Shown: positions 1 through 14,900, numbered from the stretch's first letter. The stretch: DNA of 64,000 bases from Flaccisagitta enflata (GCA_965153355.1 OZ231126.1:13330001-13394000); one strand, 5' to 3'. Made by a program: numbers and translations. The notes: generated by a model from the sequence alone, not told the origin.

Positions 1-1558
1 AAGATTTTCATCATTACAATAATGTGTCATCCTAAAAGCATTTTCATCATAAAAACCATATTCATTGAGAAAAAAAAATTCCATCCAGAAAAAAATTTGT
101 TTGTATAGAAAGATTTTAATCTTGAAAACAATTGCAAAACTGCTAAATTTCACTTATTCTAATAAAAAAGTTTATCATGACAATTTTTTTATCACAGAAA
201 AAATGTTCATGATTAAAACCATTTCATTTAAATTTCTTTCAAACATTTTCAATCATTCATCTTAATAGTTATCATTTCCAACTATTTTTTATCATTTTCA
301 AGCTTTCATCTTAATTGATATATTCATTATGAAGACATATTTATTATGAAAGATCTTTTCAATGTGGAAAAAATAGTTCCTATGAAAAAATGCGTTCTTA
401 AAATGGTCAAAGAAAATTGTATAAAAAAATACAAAAAAAAATCATGTTACCATGATTGAATAGTACTTGGTGAGTAGAAGAGTATGGTCACCCTAACTTG
501 ATATTTTCTGTGTAGCTGAGGACTAGGGGGGGTTGGGTCACCCTAACTTGAACTTTTGACTGCTGTTTATAGCCATCGGCGCTGAGGCGGTTTCAAACGA
601 TAGATAAGAGCATTGTCGGTCAAACAAAATGACAACCCTTTTCCTTGCAGGGTGGTGCAAAGAAGTCCAATTGGTAGATAAATGTCATAAGTAACTGATC
701 AAGGCAAAAAAATGTGTTTTGACTTTCAAACTGGTAATTTTTCTCACTTTTTAGGTCAACGGCCATATAACAAAAAATAACAAGAAAATAGTGTTGAGTT
801 TTAGATTTGAAGCCTTTGTGAAAGTTTGTGTGCGTAGATGTTTCTCCAAAGCCCCTAATCAACTTGTACCACCATTGTGACCAAATTAGACAAGGAGGAA
901 GCTAATCCTATGACCAGTTTTTGCTGCAGCTATGGCGCTAGTACCATATGTGCAGGCCTTTTTTTAGTGATTTTTTTGGCATAGCCAACCGGGCTCTCTC
1001 CTCATAATTTTACAGAGCCCGACGGAAAAACAGCGAGCCCGGCAAAAAAACAATGCTGGATAAAAGGCTACCTAAGTCGTGTGAGGGTGGGCAGGGGTAA
1101 TGACGGACGGACGCATGAACAGATTGACGGACAGATGGATCGACCGATGGACAGACAAAACGAGGTGTAGAGTCGCGTGCTCGTCAAGCCTGGGATTTTC
1201 AGATTTTTTTTTTAGTAACATAGGAGAATTTTTCAAGGAAAAAGATGGAGATAAACAAGAAGAAAAAGAAAACAAAAAATAAGAAGAAGAAGGAGAAGAG
1301 GAAGAAGAAGAAGAAGATGAAGAAGAAGAAGAAGAAGAAGAAGAAGAAGAAGAAGAAGAAGAAGAACCTTGTCTATTGCGCATCTGCCTCGGTGACAGGT
1401 GCCCCTACGAGGCATAAAATAGTGGTGTTTAGTGCCTGCTTAAGCATTATTGGAATAAGAAGAAGAAGGAGAAGGATAAGAGGGAGAAGAAGAAGGAGAA
1501 GGAGATGAAGATGACAGAATAAAAGATTATGATGATGATCTGGAGGAATTCCAAGTTT

Positions 1559-1607
<49 letters not shown>

Positions 1608-1830
1608 TTGGATTAACGATGTCTCTAATTTCAGCCATGAGTACCAAATGCCACACCATAACTTTGAATCCCAGTCTTGAAGTTTAAATCCCAACCTTTT
1701 CACCCAAACATCATCTTTTTCCACAACCCCATGACAGATTGTGAACCGCAAGCTACAGCGGATAACAAGAGATCAAATAACTAATTATCCATGTTTTAGG
1801 CGGATTTCCATTTCTCTCATCAGAAAAAAT

Positions 1831-2237
1831 AACTGGTCGCCCAAGGACAATATGTGATCAGATATACCCGATGCCCTGCTTTGCATGGTTGTGAATCAGA
1901 ATGGGGGAAGCAGGGCAGCGGCGCCAAAGGGGACGGAGTCCAGTAGATCACAGGGGACTTCCATTCGTTTTTTCCATCCGTCCGCTCCCCAGGCCCTCTC
2001 AGCCCTGAAATCTGCCCTCTCAGGCCTGAATTCTGCCCTCTCAGGAAAGATTTAAGGCCTAAGAGGACTTATTTCAGGCTTGAGAGGGCAGATTCAAGGA
2101 CTGAGAGGGCAGATTTCAGGCCTGAGAGGACAGATTTCAGGCCTGAAAGGGCCTGGGCGGGCTGAATGAACGGATAAACAAACAGAAGTCCCCTGTGTTC
2201 TAAAGGACTTTGTCCCCTTTGGGGCCGCTGCCCAAAA
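1831..2237 (+). mobile_element. Family-A Helentron/HINE (DINE-1/pearl-like) non-autonomous element
   Basis: Starts AACTGGTCGCCCAAGG. About 50-bp internal inverted repeats (GGGCAGCGG..GGGGAC.AAGTCC..TAGA.CACAGGGGACT and its complement) flank opposed 21-bp arrays. Ends GCCGCTGCCCAAAA. Confidence 0.7.
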
Positions 2238-2399
2238 ATGGAATGAAATGGCATGATGGGACAAAAATCAAAATTCCGTTTCAGGCGGATTTCCGATCTT
2301 CTTGGGATGTATCTGTATTTACTTCTTTCTTATTCTTTCTTTCTTTCTTTCTTTCTATCTTTCTTTCTATCTTCCTTTCTTTCTTTAATTCTTTCTTTC

Positions 2400-2764
2400 T
2401 TTTTAGTCGCATGCACGCGACTCCACAACCCGCTTTGTCCGTCGGTCGGTGGGTTGGTTGGTTGGTTGGTCACACTTTACTTTTTTTATCACTTTTATTT
2501 CTTTAAGACATTTTTAGTCAGTCTATGTAATTTGAAGGCATTCTAAGTCATTCTAAGTCATTTTAAGTCATTTGAGGTCATTCTAAGTCATTTTTGGTCA
2601 TTAGGTCATTTTGTAATCTTATGTCCTTTTTGTTCATTTTAAGTTATTCGAAGTCATTTCAAGTCATTCTCAGGCATTTTAAGTCATTCTAAGTCATTCT
2701 AAGTCATTCTAAGTCATTCTAAGTCAGTATGTCTCGCATGCGACTTATAGGTGCTGGTCTTGTT
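2400..2764 (+). mobile_element. Family-B DINE-1/HINE-like element with an AAGTCATTCT 10-bp array
   Basis: TTTTAGTCGCATGCACGCGACT hairpin start, GTCG/GTTG microsatellite, subterminal GCATGCGACT, and end GGTCTTGTT. Confidence 0.7.
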
Positions 2765-2859
2765 TTCTTTCTTTTTATCTCTCATTTTTCTTTCTTTCCT
2801 TCTTTTTATTTTTCTATCTTTCTTTCTTCCTTTCTCTTTTTTTGTTTTCTTTTCTTCTC

Positions 2860-2923
<64 letters not shown>

Positions 2924-3270
2924 CGGAGAGAGAGGCGGAGAATCATAAAAACATGCACGGCTATCAAAAAATCATGCGCGCAAATTGAGAAATCATCTTT
3001 TTGCGTCTTGCGCGTCGTGGACACGTTCCCGCGCCCATTTGGAGGACGTACCGCGCGCGGGAACGTGTCAACGGCGTACGGAGGAGGATCACCCAGACTC
3101 GGAGGAGGAGGAGGAGGAGGAGGAGGAGGAGGAGGAGGAGGAGGAGGAGGAGAAGGTGGGGTAGGAGAAAGAAGAGGTGGAGAAGCTGAAGAGGAGGAAG
3201 ATCAAGACTAGGACCAATTGGATGAGGACCAAATGGGAGATGTTGTCGATCATAGACAAGTTGGAGGGAA

Positions 3271-3486
3271 AACAAGGCCAACACCTACAAGTCGCGTGCG
3301 AGACTTAGAAATTGACTTAGAATCACTTAGAATGACTTTAGAATGACTCAGTATACTCTCAAATGACTTAAAGAAATAAAATTGATAAAAAAAGTAAAAG
3401 TATGATGGACGGCTGACCGACCAACCAACGGACGGACAGACGGACAGACAAAGCGGGGTGTAGAGTCGCGTGCACGCGACTAAAAA
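3271..3486 (-). mobile_element. Family-B element, inverted relative to 2400-2764
   Basis: AACAAGGCC...AGTCGCGTGCG...GACAAAGCGGGGTGTAGAGTCGCGTGCACGCGACTAAAAA. Confidence 0.7.
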
Positions 3487-4014
3487 TGAGAAGAAGAAAA
3501 GTGACGAGCGATGGTTGTGAGAGATAACATTTTAGTCTCATTGGCATATTGCGGTTTGTGGACAAAAAGGGAATTTATGCAACTTATAAACAAAAGAAAT
3601 GTTTGAAACAAAGATGTGACTTTTTCAAGCGTCGTGACGTGGAGAGAAAGAGAGAAATTTCAAAATTATGACTGTAGCCTTTTCACTTCTCCAAAAAGAA
3701 AATGCGTTCCCATTAATGTTTTAAAAAGAACATGGCTTTCTTGATATCTCAGTTTACGATTGCGGGGGAAGTAGGCTCACTTAATGTTGCCCGTTCAAGA
3801 AAGAATTGTAGAATGACTGAAGATTTTGCGTTGCAGCCTAGATGCTAACTATTACCAAACATTATGAGAACATATCGACAAAAGACAAAAAGAGAGGAAA
3901 AAACTAGAAAAGGAATTTACGATCAAAATGAAAGTTCAAATTTTGACCTTTCAGATTATTTAGTCACATTTCTTGGCCAACTCTCCATCTTCAACTCTCT
4001 GACGATTTCCAATT

Positions 4015-4132
<118 letters not shown>

Positions 4133-4249
4133 GTAACCATGGTAGCGATCGTAAATGAGACATCACTTTGTGGCTCGTCGAGGGTTAGTAGAGCCTCATA
4201 AGTACGACGAGAGAAGAGAGGATGGAAAGGGGAGGGAGGAAGTGGAGGA

Positions 4250-4942
4250 AACAGGTCGCCCAAGGGCAATATGTGGTCAGTGATACCCGTTGCCCTGCTT
4301 TGAGTGATTGTGAATTGGAGTGAGGAGAAGCAGGGCAGCGGCCCCGAAGGGAACGAAGTCCTGTAGAACACAGGGGGACTTTTGTTTGTCCTACCTGAAG
4401 AAGTGGATGAGATGCTACAAAGGGCTGACTGAAGGTATTCAAGAGCCTAAACTGAGGTCTAAGAAGGCTGATATAAGGCCTGATCAGAATGCCAATTGGA
4501 AGCTTGAGAGGGCTGACTTGAGGCTTGAGAGAGCTGGATTAAGGCTTGAAAGGCAAGAGGACTGATTTGAAGCCAGGGAGCAATAAATTGAGATTTAGAT
4601 GGCTGATTTGAGGCCTGAGAGGCCTAATTTGAGGCATGAGAGGCCAGATTTGAGGCCTGAGAATTCGGATATGAGGCCTGAGAAGCCAGATTTGAGGCCT
4701 GAGAGGCCAGATTTGAGGCCTGAGAGGCCATGTTTGAGGCCTGAGAGGCCAGATTTGAGGCCTGAGAGGCCAGATTTGCTGCCTGGGAGGCTGGATTCGA
4801 GACCTGAGAGGCTGGATTTGAGGCCTGAGGGGTCTGATGAAGGGGGGGACTAACGGACGAACGAACGAACGAACGAACGGACAAACAAAAGTCCTCCTGT
4901 GTTCTACAGGACTTCGTCCCCTTCGGGGCCGCTGCCCAAAAA
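4250..4942 (+). mobile_element. Family-A element with an expanded 21-bp array (GAGGCCTGAGAGGCCAGATTT)
   Basis: Same ends as the other family-A copies. The array explains the DLRPERP / QIWPLRP heptad ORFs. Confidence 0.75.
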
Positions 4943-6026
4943 GGAAAGGAGAAGGAGGAAGCAGAAGTAGGAGGAGGAAGAGGAGAAAAGATCTTGTGTC
5001 TCTGTGGTCTTTTCTTTTCCGCTCGTCCGTTTTAAGGCCGGCCTTCGGCACGTGGCCCTGATTTAAGGCTGTCAATTAGCCATTTTTGGTTCACTTGCTT
5101 CTCTGTCTCTTCCTACTCCTCCTCCTTTTCCTCAACCTCCTCCTCTTTCTCCACCCATTACTTCTCCGCTTCACCGTTCACTTGTTCTACTGCAGCTTCA
5201 TCCCATCACAGTCCGTAATGACGACTATCATGAGACATTCTCTCTCTATCTCTTTCTCCTCAAACTCTTGTCATTTGTCCTCAGACTGCTCTCCCACCCT
5301 TAACCTTAAATCGATCAAACCTTCTGAGTCTTAGAGACGGTAACAATTAATAGCCCGAAGGCAAGCAGCTTAAATGGGTCAAGTAGAGGTTGGATTTGTC
5401 GTGGGTGACATGATATTTGGGGGAGACATTTGTGGACAGGAGGTGTTTGGGGGTTGTGAAAGATGTTTAGGGGTGATGGTAAGATAGACAGGTATTCCTA
5501 AAGGATCACTGAAAGTTGTCTTTAAAAGTATCACAAGATGGACGATTATGATTAAGAGTACTAGGTTGGCTTCACTAGGTTCAGATATATAGTTAGATGA
5601 GGAGATGAAATTTCGAACTAAGTTGTGAGAAAAAGCGTCCGAGGGTGATGAAGATGGGGTAGGGGAGTGGGGGTTGGTTGGCTAATGAGTAGCCTGAGGA
5701 TAGAAATGCTGTCTTCATGGCTGAAAGAAGAAATAGCACCAAGGAAGCAGATGATATCTGAATGGCTCGAAGAAGAAAGAGTTGTGGTCATTGATTCAAT
5801 TTTCAATTTTCTCTTTCTCGAAAGCGTTGTCATTCTGCCTGCTAATTCCATTCTGTCTGTCTGTCATTCTGTCTCTCTGTCATTCTGTCTGCTAATTCCA
5901 TTGGGAAGACAAGTCACTCCCTCTCGTTGTCGCTTTTCTCAGACTGTCTGTCTCTCTGTCTATCTGTCTGTCTGTCTGTCTCTGTCTCTCTGTCTCTCTG
6001 TCTCTCTGTCTCTCTGTCTCTCTGTC

Positions 6027-6165
<139 letters not shown>

Positions 6166-8349
6166 CTCTCCCTCTTTGAATAGGATTTCACGAGAGGGGA
6201 GAAATTCAATTTTCCGCTCTTTGAATATCATTCAAATAATCATTTTATTAATTAGATCAATTTCAATCCTATTCAACGTCGCATCTTTAAGCAATCATCT
6301 TTTCCCGTCTTTCTTTCTTTTTTTTTCTTCCATCCTCTTTTCATTCTTTCCTTTTCTTTCCCTTCTTTTTTCTTCTCTGTCCTTTCCAATTCTTATCAAG
6401 TAGGGCCATCTATCAGTTAAAGATCTCCTCGCGAGCGAGTTAGCTTCCAAAACAAAGGCAGCATTTTCAATGTCGCGGTTTCTCTCTCTTCTTTTTTTCT
6501 TTTTGCATTCTTAGTGAGCGTCACTTTCAGCGCTGCCCAAAAACTGTCTCCTCAAATTTTCACTTCTTGTACGTCGATTTTCTTCCGTGTTTTAATGGAC
6601 AATAAAAAAGTCAATATGTCCCTAAAATCACAGACACAAATTCAGAATATCCAACCATCCAGATTTATCCATTCCTCAAACTCCAACGAGCCTCTTCCAG
6701 AACTGGTTTTCTCATGACTTTTTTAAATCCTTAATTTACTCAACACATTTTTGGCATTTGATTTTGTGTCTATACACTATTAATTGACTTACGGTCTAAA
6801 TGATCAAAATTCAATATCAACTTCTCTCATTCATTTTGAAAAAAAAAAGACTCAGTAACTTATGAGCAGGCAAAAGATCCAATAAGAAAAGAGGTGAAAG
6901 AGAATGACGAGGAAATGGAGGAGAAGAAAGGAGAGGAGGAAGAAGAGGCAGAAGAAATATGGGAGGAAGAGGAGGAGGAGGAAGGAGAGGAGGAAGAGGA
7001 TCGAAGAAGGCGTGCAGCCCACTTGAAAGCAACACGACTTATGCAAACAAATAGAAACCGATAGAGAAGGAGATAAACCGTTTCCGAGACAATTAGAGAC
7101 GGCAAAGTTGAGGCATCCAATGGGGTAAAGAGGAAGAGGAAGAGGGAGAGGAAGGGGGAGAGGTAGGGGAAGAGGAAGGTGAAGAGGAAAGGAAAGAGGA
7201 AGAAGGGGAGTAGAGAAAGGGGAAAAGTAGGATAATGACTAAATACATGGGTGAATTTTGAAGTGGGACAAACGATTGAGGGATTGGCAAGAGGAGGTGA
7301 CGATGAAGTTTTGAAGTTTAAAAAAGAGAGATGAAGTTTAGGGAAGAGGGACGGAGGTGGGTTTTGCAAAGGGAAAGAGAATTAATATGGTGCACATTGG
7401 ACAATGATTGGGGTTCTTTTTACCCGGAGGAAAAGTGGAACCAAGAGAAAAGAATTTCTATAAAATTCTGATTTGTGAATGTAGTAAGAGTATCTTTTCA
7501 AACAAAAAAAAAAAGTTTAAGAAGTTAAGAATTCGCTCAATTTCATTAAATTATGAAAATTGTGCCGCTATCCACGCTCTGCCTATAAAACAATAAAGTT
7601 TTAAATGAAGAAAAAAAAGCAGAAATGAAATTGATAAATAAACCAAGATTCATAAACAATTTTTTTGAAAAAGTCAATTTTTTCTTTCATTCTTTGAAGC
7701 GGCGGGTGGCTAAGACCATTTCAATCGCAGGTGAAAATGCGCACTTCAAAAGAAGAAAGAAAAGAAACATCAAAAGTTGTTTTATTTTTCCTATTTTTTT
7801 TTACATTAACGACAAAAGTTAAGGAAAAGTAAAAAGAATAGAAGATTAAAGAAGAAGTTAAAAAAAACATGAAGTGATGGCGATTCGACGACAAGTCATG
7901 CCTTTGCACCTTTAGATGGCCAAGACCCGCAGCTGGCAACACTAAAAAATAAACAAATTCGATTTCCAATCTGTTTTTATTTCTTTTAAATCTTTTTATA
8001 CCTTTTAGATCTTTTTGATGCTGTATACTGCATTATTTCCTTTTTTTATCTTCTTTTTTTTTTCAAGAAAAAAAGTTTGTTTTTCTTACAAATCTTTTCT
8101 TTTAATGGATTTTTCCATGATTTTTCTTTCTTTGTTTTTTTTTCTGTGGCCAGAACACCTGCAGTTTTTGCCCATTATCATAGAATTTTCAATTTAACAC
8201 AATGTTTTTTTTTCTTATTTTCGGTGTCCCTTTTTTCTTTTTTTCTTGTGATGCTTTTCAGTTAACCAGAAACTCGTTTTATCACCTTTTAATATTCAAT
8301 CGGATCCCCACTTAAAAGTGCGAATGGAAATTATAACAGATATATTCTT

Positions 8350-8414
<65 letters not shown>

Positions 8415-9145
8415 ATATTTTACATTTACCAGGGGAATAGTTCGTGCCATTTTTATAAATGTGTTCATTTTGAAAAAAAAAAAAAAAACGAAAACAACAA
8501 AGACACGAATTCCCGAGTTTGTCAACAGCTTTTCCATTTCCACTTTTCCATTTAAACATTCACGATTTAAATCGTAAAGATTTTAACGAGTATGGATTTT
8601 GAATCACATTACGATGGTTCCACTTTCGATAGCCTTTCCTGAGTCATTGCTTCTACCTTCCCCCACCCCCAAGATTCCCTATGCCTCTCTTTTCATTATC
8701 CTTTTGGTTGATTTGCCTTTTCCCCGGCTGCCTGAACGCTTCATCCGTTCTCCCCAGCTCATTTCCCTTCTACTTTCTTTTTTGTCTACTTCCTTTTCCT
8801 TTCCTTATACCACTATTCCTCATCCTCCTCACGCGCTTCCTTGTACTTCCTCACACTTCCTCGCTCTTCTTTACACTTTCACGCACTTCATCGCACTTCC
8901 ATGCACTTCATCGTACTTCCACGCACTTCCTCGCAATTCCATGCACTCCATGCACTCCCTCGTACTTCCTCAAAATTCGTTTTGCTTCTTAGCATTTCCT
9001 GTTTGACTCCAGCCAAGCGCGAGATATGACGCATTGGTCTGAAAACGGCGAAAGGCATTTTCTCAGGCTTTCTCCCCTACATTGATCCATTTAGTGTTGA
9101 ATAAGCTCAAGATCCCATTTGCCGCTTTTTGTTCTCCCATCGACC

Positions 9146-9262
<117 letters not shown>

Positions 9263-9680
9263 GCCGGCACTTGATATTGACGTCTTTGTGACGTCATAAT
9301 GACGTTGGTTGACGTAAGTTGACATCCGCGTGGCGTAAGTTGACATCTGTGGCGCAAAAAGTTTTGGCAAATGTCAACCGCCAAAAATGGGAAGACAAAC
9401 TCAAAATGAGAAAAAGTCAACAAAGTTGAAAGAGTTGTTACTACAACAAAAAGAAAAAAAATCTTTCAAACCGATGTTTTTTTAGTAGTTAAAAAGTCGA
9501 CCAAAGCTTTATATGTTTGAATTGGTCTTACTTAATCATTGTGATTGGCCGTTTAAATGAAAGCCATTGTAGTCAAATAATAGCAGTCAAGGGATGCATA
9601 AATGGCCGATGCTTGAATACAGGATGAGAGGGGGTTTTATATATTCAGACAAGGCGGCGAGGGGGGAGTCTGGTGAGAAA

Positions 9681-9804
<124 letters not shown>

Positions 9805-9850
9805 CCTTAGCGGTGGCAAGGGATTTGAATTCAATTTGATTTTCATCGAG

Positions 9851-10112
9851 ATTTTGTCAGATTTGTCGCATCTTTTCCTCTCTTTTTTGTTCTCTTTCCA
9901 TTCCCATCGTTTCTTCTTCTTCTTCTCCTTCTCCTTCTCCTTCTCCTTCTCCCTCTCCTTCGTCTTCGTCTTCGTCTTCGTCTTCGTCTTCGTCTTCATC
10001 TTCTTTTTCTTTTTCTTTTTCTTTTTCTTTTTCTTTTTCTTTTTCTTTTTCTTCTTCTTCTTCTTCTTCTTCTTCTTCTTCTTCTTCTTCTTCTTCTTCT
10101 TCTTCTTCTTCT

Positions 10113-10159
<47 letters not shown>

Positions 10160-10830
10160 TTCTTCTTCTTCTTCTTCTTCTTCTTCTTCTTCTTCTTCTT
10201 CTTTATTTCTTCATCCTCTTCTTCTTCTTCTTCTTCTTCTTTTTCTTCTTCTTCTTCTTCTTCTTCTTCTTCTTCTTCTTCTTCTTCTTCTTCTTCTACT
10301 TCTATTCTCTCGCTGGAGCAATGCCCAAGCGGGGGTTTGCCACGCAATTTTGTCAGATTTGTCGCATCTTTTCCTCTCTTTTTTGTTCTCTTTCCATTCC
10401 CATCGTTTCTTCTTCTTCTTCTCCTTCTCCTTCTCCTTCGTCTTCGTCTTCGTCTTCGTCTTCGTCTTCGTCTTCGTCTTCGTCTTCATCTTCTTTTTCT
10501 TTTTCTTTTTCTTTTTCTTTTTCTTCTTCTTCTTCTTCTTCTTCTTCTTCTTCTTCTTCTTCTTCTTCTTCTCCTTCTTCTTCTTCTTCTTCTTCGTCTT
10601 CTTCTTCTTCCTCCTGTTCTTCTTCTTCTTCTTCTTCTTCTTCTTCTTCTTCTTTTTTTCTTCTTCTTCTTCTTCTTCTTCTTCTTCTTCTTCTTCTTCT
10701 TCTTCTTCTTCTTCTTCTTCTTCTTCTTCTTCTTCTTCTTCTTCTTCTTCTTCTTCTTCTTCTTCTTCTTCTTCTTCTTCTACTTCTATTCTCTCGCTGG
10801 AGCAATGCCCAAGCGGGGGTTTGCCACGCA
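9851..10830. repeat. Tandem duplication (496 + 484 bp) of a unit containing compound (CTT/CGT)n microsatellites
   Basis: Identical unique segments ATTTTGTCAGATTTGTCGCATC... at 9851 and 10347; both units end with ...CTGGAGCAATGCCCAAGCGGGGGTTTGCCACGCA. Confidence 0.9.
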
Positions 10831-11088
10831 ATTTTTTTTGCCTGTCCCTACTTCTCTCTTTTTCCTGTCATCTCAATCCAGTTTGGAAGATGTGATACTA
10901 TGAGGGCAAAAATGGAGATGGAAGGAGATACGAGGAGAGACGAGACAGAGACAGAGACAGATACAGAGACAGTGAGAAGGCAGTGAGACACACAAACAGG
11001 GAGGTAGACTTACACGGAGAAAGAGACAGAACAGTAATTTGGAAGGACACACTGACAAGAACCACAGAAAAAAAATATAACCCCCCAA

Positions 11089-11160
<72 letters not shown>

Positions 11161-12668
11161 AAAACGTTCTCCCCCATTCACCCCTTTACTTACTGAACTG
11201 GAGGAGGAGAAGGGAAATGGTAAAGCGGAAGAGGAAGGGAGGAAGGAAGGAAAAGTGTGAGAGAAAAGCTGAGACTGAGGCAGTGAGGCTGTTTTCAATA
11301 TTGAATAAGATGGAAACTTCTTTGTTGAGTTGATAGAACAATTTGATTTGGCTCAAGAGATATATGAGGAAGGAAAGAGGGACGGAAGGCAAGAGAGAGA
11401 GAGAGAGATTGAGACAGAGACAGAGACAGAGACTGAGACAGAGATAGTGAGAGATGGGTATATTGTGAGAAGGCTTTGAAGTAAGAAGTGAGGAGACTCG
11501 TTTTGAAATCAATTCTGACATCTTGCACTCACTTTAGCAGCAAGATCGCACAATTTGTTTGAGTTTGGGGGGTAATCTTTTTGGATTATTAAAAGCAGAG
11601 CGCCATTGAATTTCCATATCTGACACTGGCACATGGTTGCTTACCTACACGATGGTTCCAGAAGAGGTTGATGCCGTTTCTGATCAGCTTCCACTTGCCT
11701 CTTTTATGAAATCTCTTGTTTATTCTGTTGCTTGGATTTGTCAAGATGTGCTGATGTGCTTGATTTACTAGATGTTTCTTGCGGAATAACTGGCAGCACG
11801 CTTCACAGTCTATTTTGCATGTCTTGCAGCACATCTTGTAGCTTCTTTTGCAGCACATCTTGTAGCTTCTCTTGCTTCCAATCATGCAGCATTAATCTAT
11901 GAGAAAATAGCAGCTGTCTGGAGATTAACAGAATTGCGTGAAGATGAAAGAACATCTCCCACTGCCTCCTCCACCCCCCCTCCCGCCACCACTATCGCAG
12001 CCGCCCCCTGCGCTTAAGCTACCATAGCTGCAACAACCTCCTTCTCCTCCACTGCACCGCTCTTCTTTCCCCTTCCCGACACTCCCGTCTGCAATTTTCG
12101 ATATTTATTGAAACTGACAAAATGAAGAAACGCAAAAAGAAAATATAAAAGGATAATAAAGAGAAATATAAAGAGAAAAAAAGAAAGAAAAAAAAGCGGA
12201 TGTGATGGATTTTCTCTTCAGCTCCAGTTTATCAAATCATTTCTTTTTTTAAAGAATTTATCAAATAATGGAGTAACAAAGCTGGGCTTAGATTGCCCTT
12301 TAGGCACGTGTTGGCGCGTGTGTCATTTTGCGTGGAGGCAGTGCGTGTTCGCGAAGGACTTTTATTGCATGTGTGTTTATGGTCAAATATATATCTTTTT
12401 GTTGCGTTTAGATACACACTTTTAAGTATGTAAATGTGTTTGACTGTACGTGTGTTACTATCTTGGAAAAAATAAAAGTCCAAGCTGCATAAGAGAATGA
12501 TTTCAATTCAAATTTGATGGGATAATGACCATATTCATAAGCCTACTATTTGAAATAACTTTTTTAGAGTTTAGGAACTGCTTGTATCTTTAAGGGCATG
12601 CCTTAGTAAAGAGTATAATGCTATTTTGAAGTACAATCCCTCCACACAATTTTTTGAAAATTTCTGAG

Positions 12669-13002
12669 AATCAACATTTTCACTCTTTTTGATCTAGAAT
12701 CCAAACGAATAAAGCTAGGAGTCTCTACTTGGCGGCAATGGATAGCCCAGATCAAGAGCTTCAAAATGGTCACCAATTTTCCTTTCAAATTTTGCATATC
12801 AAAGCGACACTGTAACAAAACGTCATGCATTTATATTCTATTCAAATTTTTTGTCTATTTCCTGAAATCAACATTTTCGCTCATTTTGACATAAAATCTG
12901 AACAAACCCAGATATGAGCCTCAGCTTGGCGCCATTTGCTAGCCCTATTCATTAGCTTCATTTTGGTCACCAATTTTCATTTCAAATCATGTATATCAAA
13001 GC
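12669..13002. repeat. Diverged direct repeat, period about 197 bp
   Basis: AATCAACATTTT at 12669 and 12866; both copies carry TGGTCACCAATTTTC.TTTCAAAT...ATATCAAAGC. Confidence 0.75.
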
Positions 13003-13278
13003 TATAATATGACAAAACGTCCTGGACTTTTATTTTTTCCAAGATAGTACAGCTCGTTTTGATATCGGCTGCTGTCAGAACCACCGCGGCGCCGCAGGAG
13101 AGAACTACCACACTGCCTAAAGCGGCCAATTAGGAAACCAATGGTGACGGGCGATCGATTTATGAAAACAAAAGACCACTCGAGTCGACCAAACATTTCT
13201 TTCCACTGTTTCCCCTTCCTTCTGTCTCTCTTTCTCTCCTCTGCCTCTCTTCCCTCTGTCTCTCTTTCTTTCTTTTTT

Positions 13279-13421
<143 letters not shown>

Positions 13422-13948
13422 ATTTTTCTTTTTTTCTTTCTTTCTTTCTTTCTTTCTCTCCCCTTTCTACCTTCCCTTCTCAGACGCCATCACGTATTTC
13501 CTCCCCCCCCTCCTCCTACTCTTCTCTTGATACACGCGCATTTCCGATGCCCGTGTGCGCGCGCGGAAGTTTGCAATGTGCCTCTGATGGCTATCAAAAT
13601 GGCTTCACATGGCTGTCATTGTTATTTTTTGTTTTGGTTTTTCGGGGCCTTTGGAGATTTTATTTGTTGGTTTTTTTCATCTTCTCTTTCATTTCCTTCT
13701 TTTCATCGTTGAGCTGCCTTCAATTTCTGCTTATTAAGTCTGTCAGTCACTTTCACTCTGTCATGTTTTTTTGTTTTTTTTTTTTCCGTTTTTTTCTTTT
13801 GTTTTCTGATTTGGTTTCCTTCATCGTTTTGTATTTTTTCAAGTAACCAGAAAGAAAATGTTGCCCACTTGTTTATGAACTGATAAAAGCGTCTTTGAGG
13901 AACCACAAATACAAGATGGATTGTGCTGATATCAGACACACTCAGAAA

Positions 13949-14125
<177 letters not shown>

Positions 14126-14900
14126 CAGAATGACAAAGTACAGACACATACGAAACTCTGCGATAAAATATGTTTGAATGGCTTTATAAAAATAATGACT
14201 CCTTGATGAAACCATATCTTCATAAAGTATGAATTTCTCTCTTTATTACCACGTGGCTTCGCTCCCCAGTGCTGTGGTTATGTTGAGAGGGTTCCCGTTC
14301 TTTCTTCTCTCTTCCACCATGCCCATTGTCCAAGCTGCACAAAACAGATTATAACATGCTCATTGAACAATGAGTATTCACAAATTTGCACTTACGAGGC
14401 TCAGATGCTAAAAATGAGTCAAAATGTGCTCGAGCACGAGGCATGATTTTCTCTTTTCTGATTGAGAGGCTTGAACTATGTGCCCATGTATACAGTATGA
14501 ACTGATCTTCGATGCATGCATAGCTCCTCTCATCATCTCGATGATGTAACATACTTTTACTGTTCGAACTCTTTTCTACGAGTCCCATGGCGACGACGTG
14601 AAGAGGGGGAATGGAGTTCAGGACAGAGACGCGCCGAGATGAGAATTACAATGATGACATTTTGGAGAGAGTGTGACTTAGAGTGACGCCCTGACGCCCT
14701 GACGCCCAGACGCCCTGCAGGGAGTGACTGCTCTATATCATTTGAAACGAAAATATGGTCTATATTTGAAAATATAAAGAGAACATAAACATTCGTAAGT
14801 TGAAGAAATTAATAGTCCCTTTTTTTTCACCAGCTCTCGTTTGGAACTGGAAAAGTGCGAGTAGCCTCTGAATATTAATAACCGATTAGAGATTTACCAA

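Noticed and set aside
4539-5075. Heptad-repeat ORFs (DLRPERP / QIWPLRP)
   Set aside because: They are the 21-bp array of a non-autonomous element read in stop-free frames, and recur in every copy.
11589-11885. Cys-rich 98-aa ORF on the minus strand
   Set aside because: Its start comes from a short tandem duplication, and I recognise no domain or splice context.
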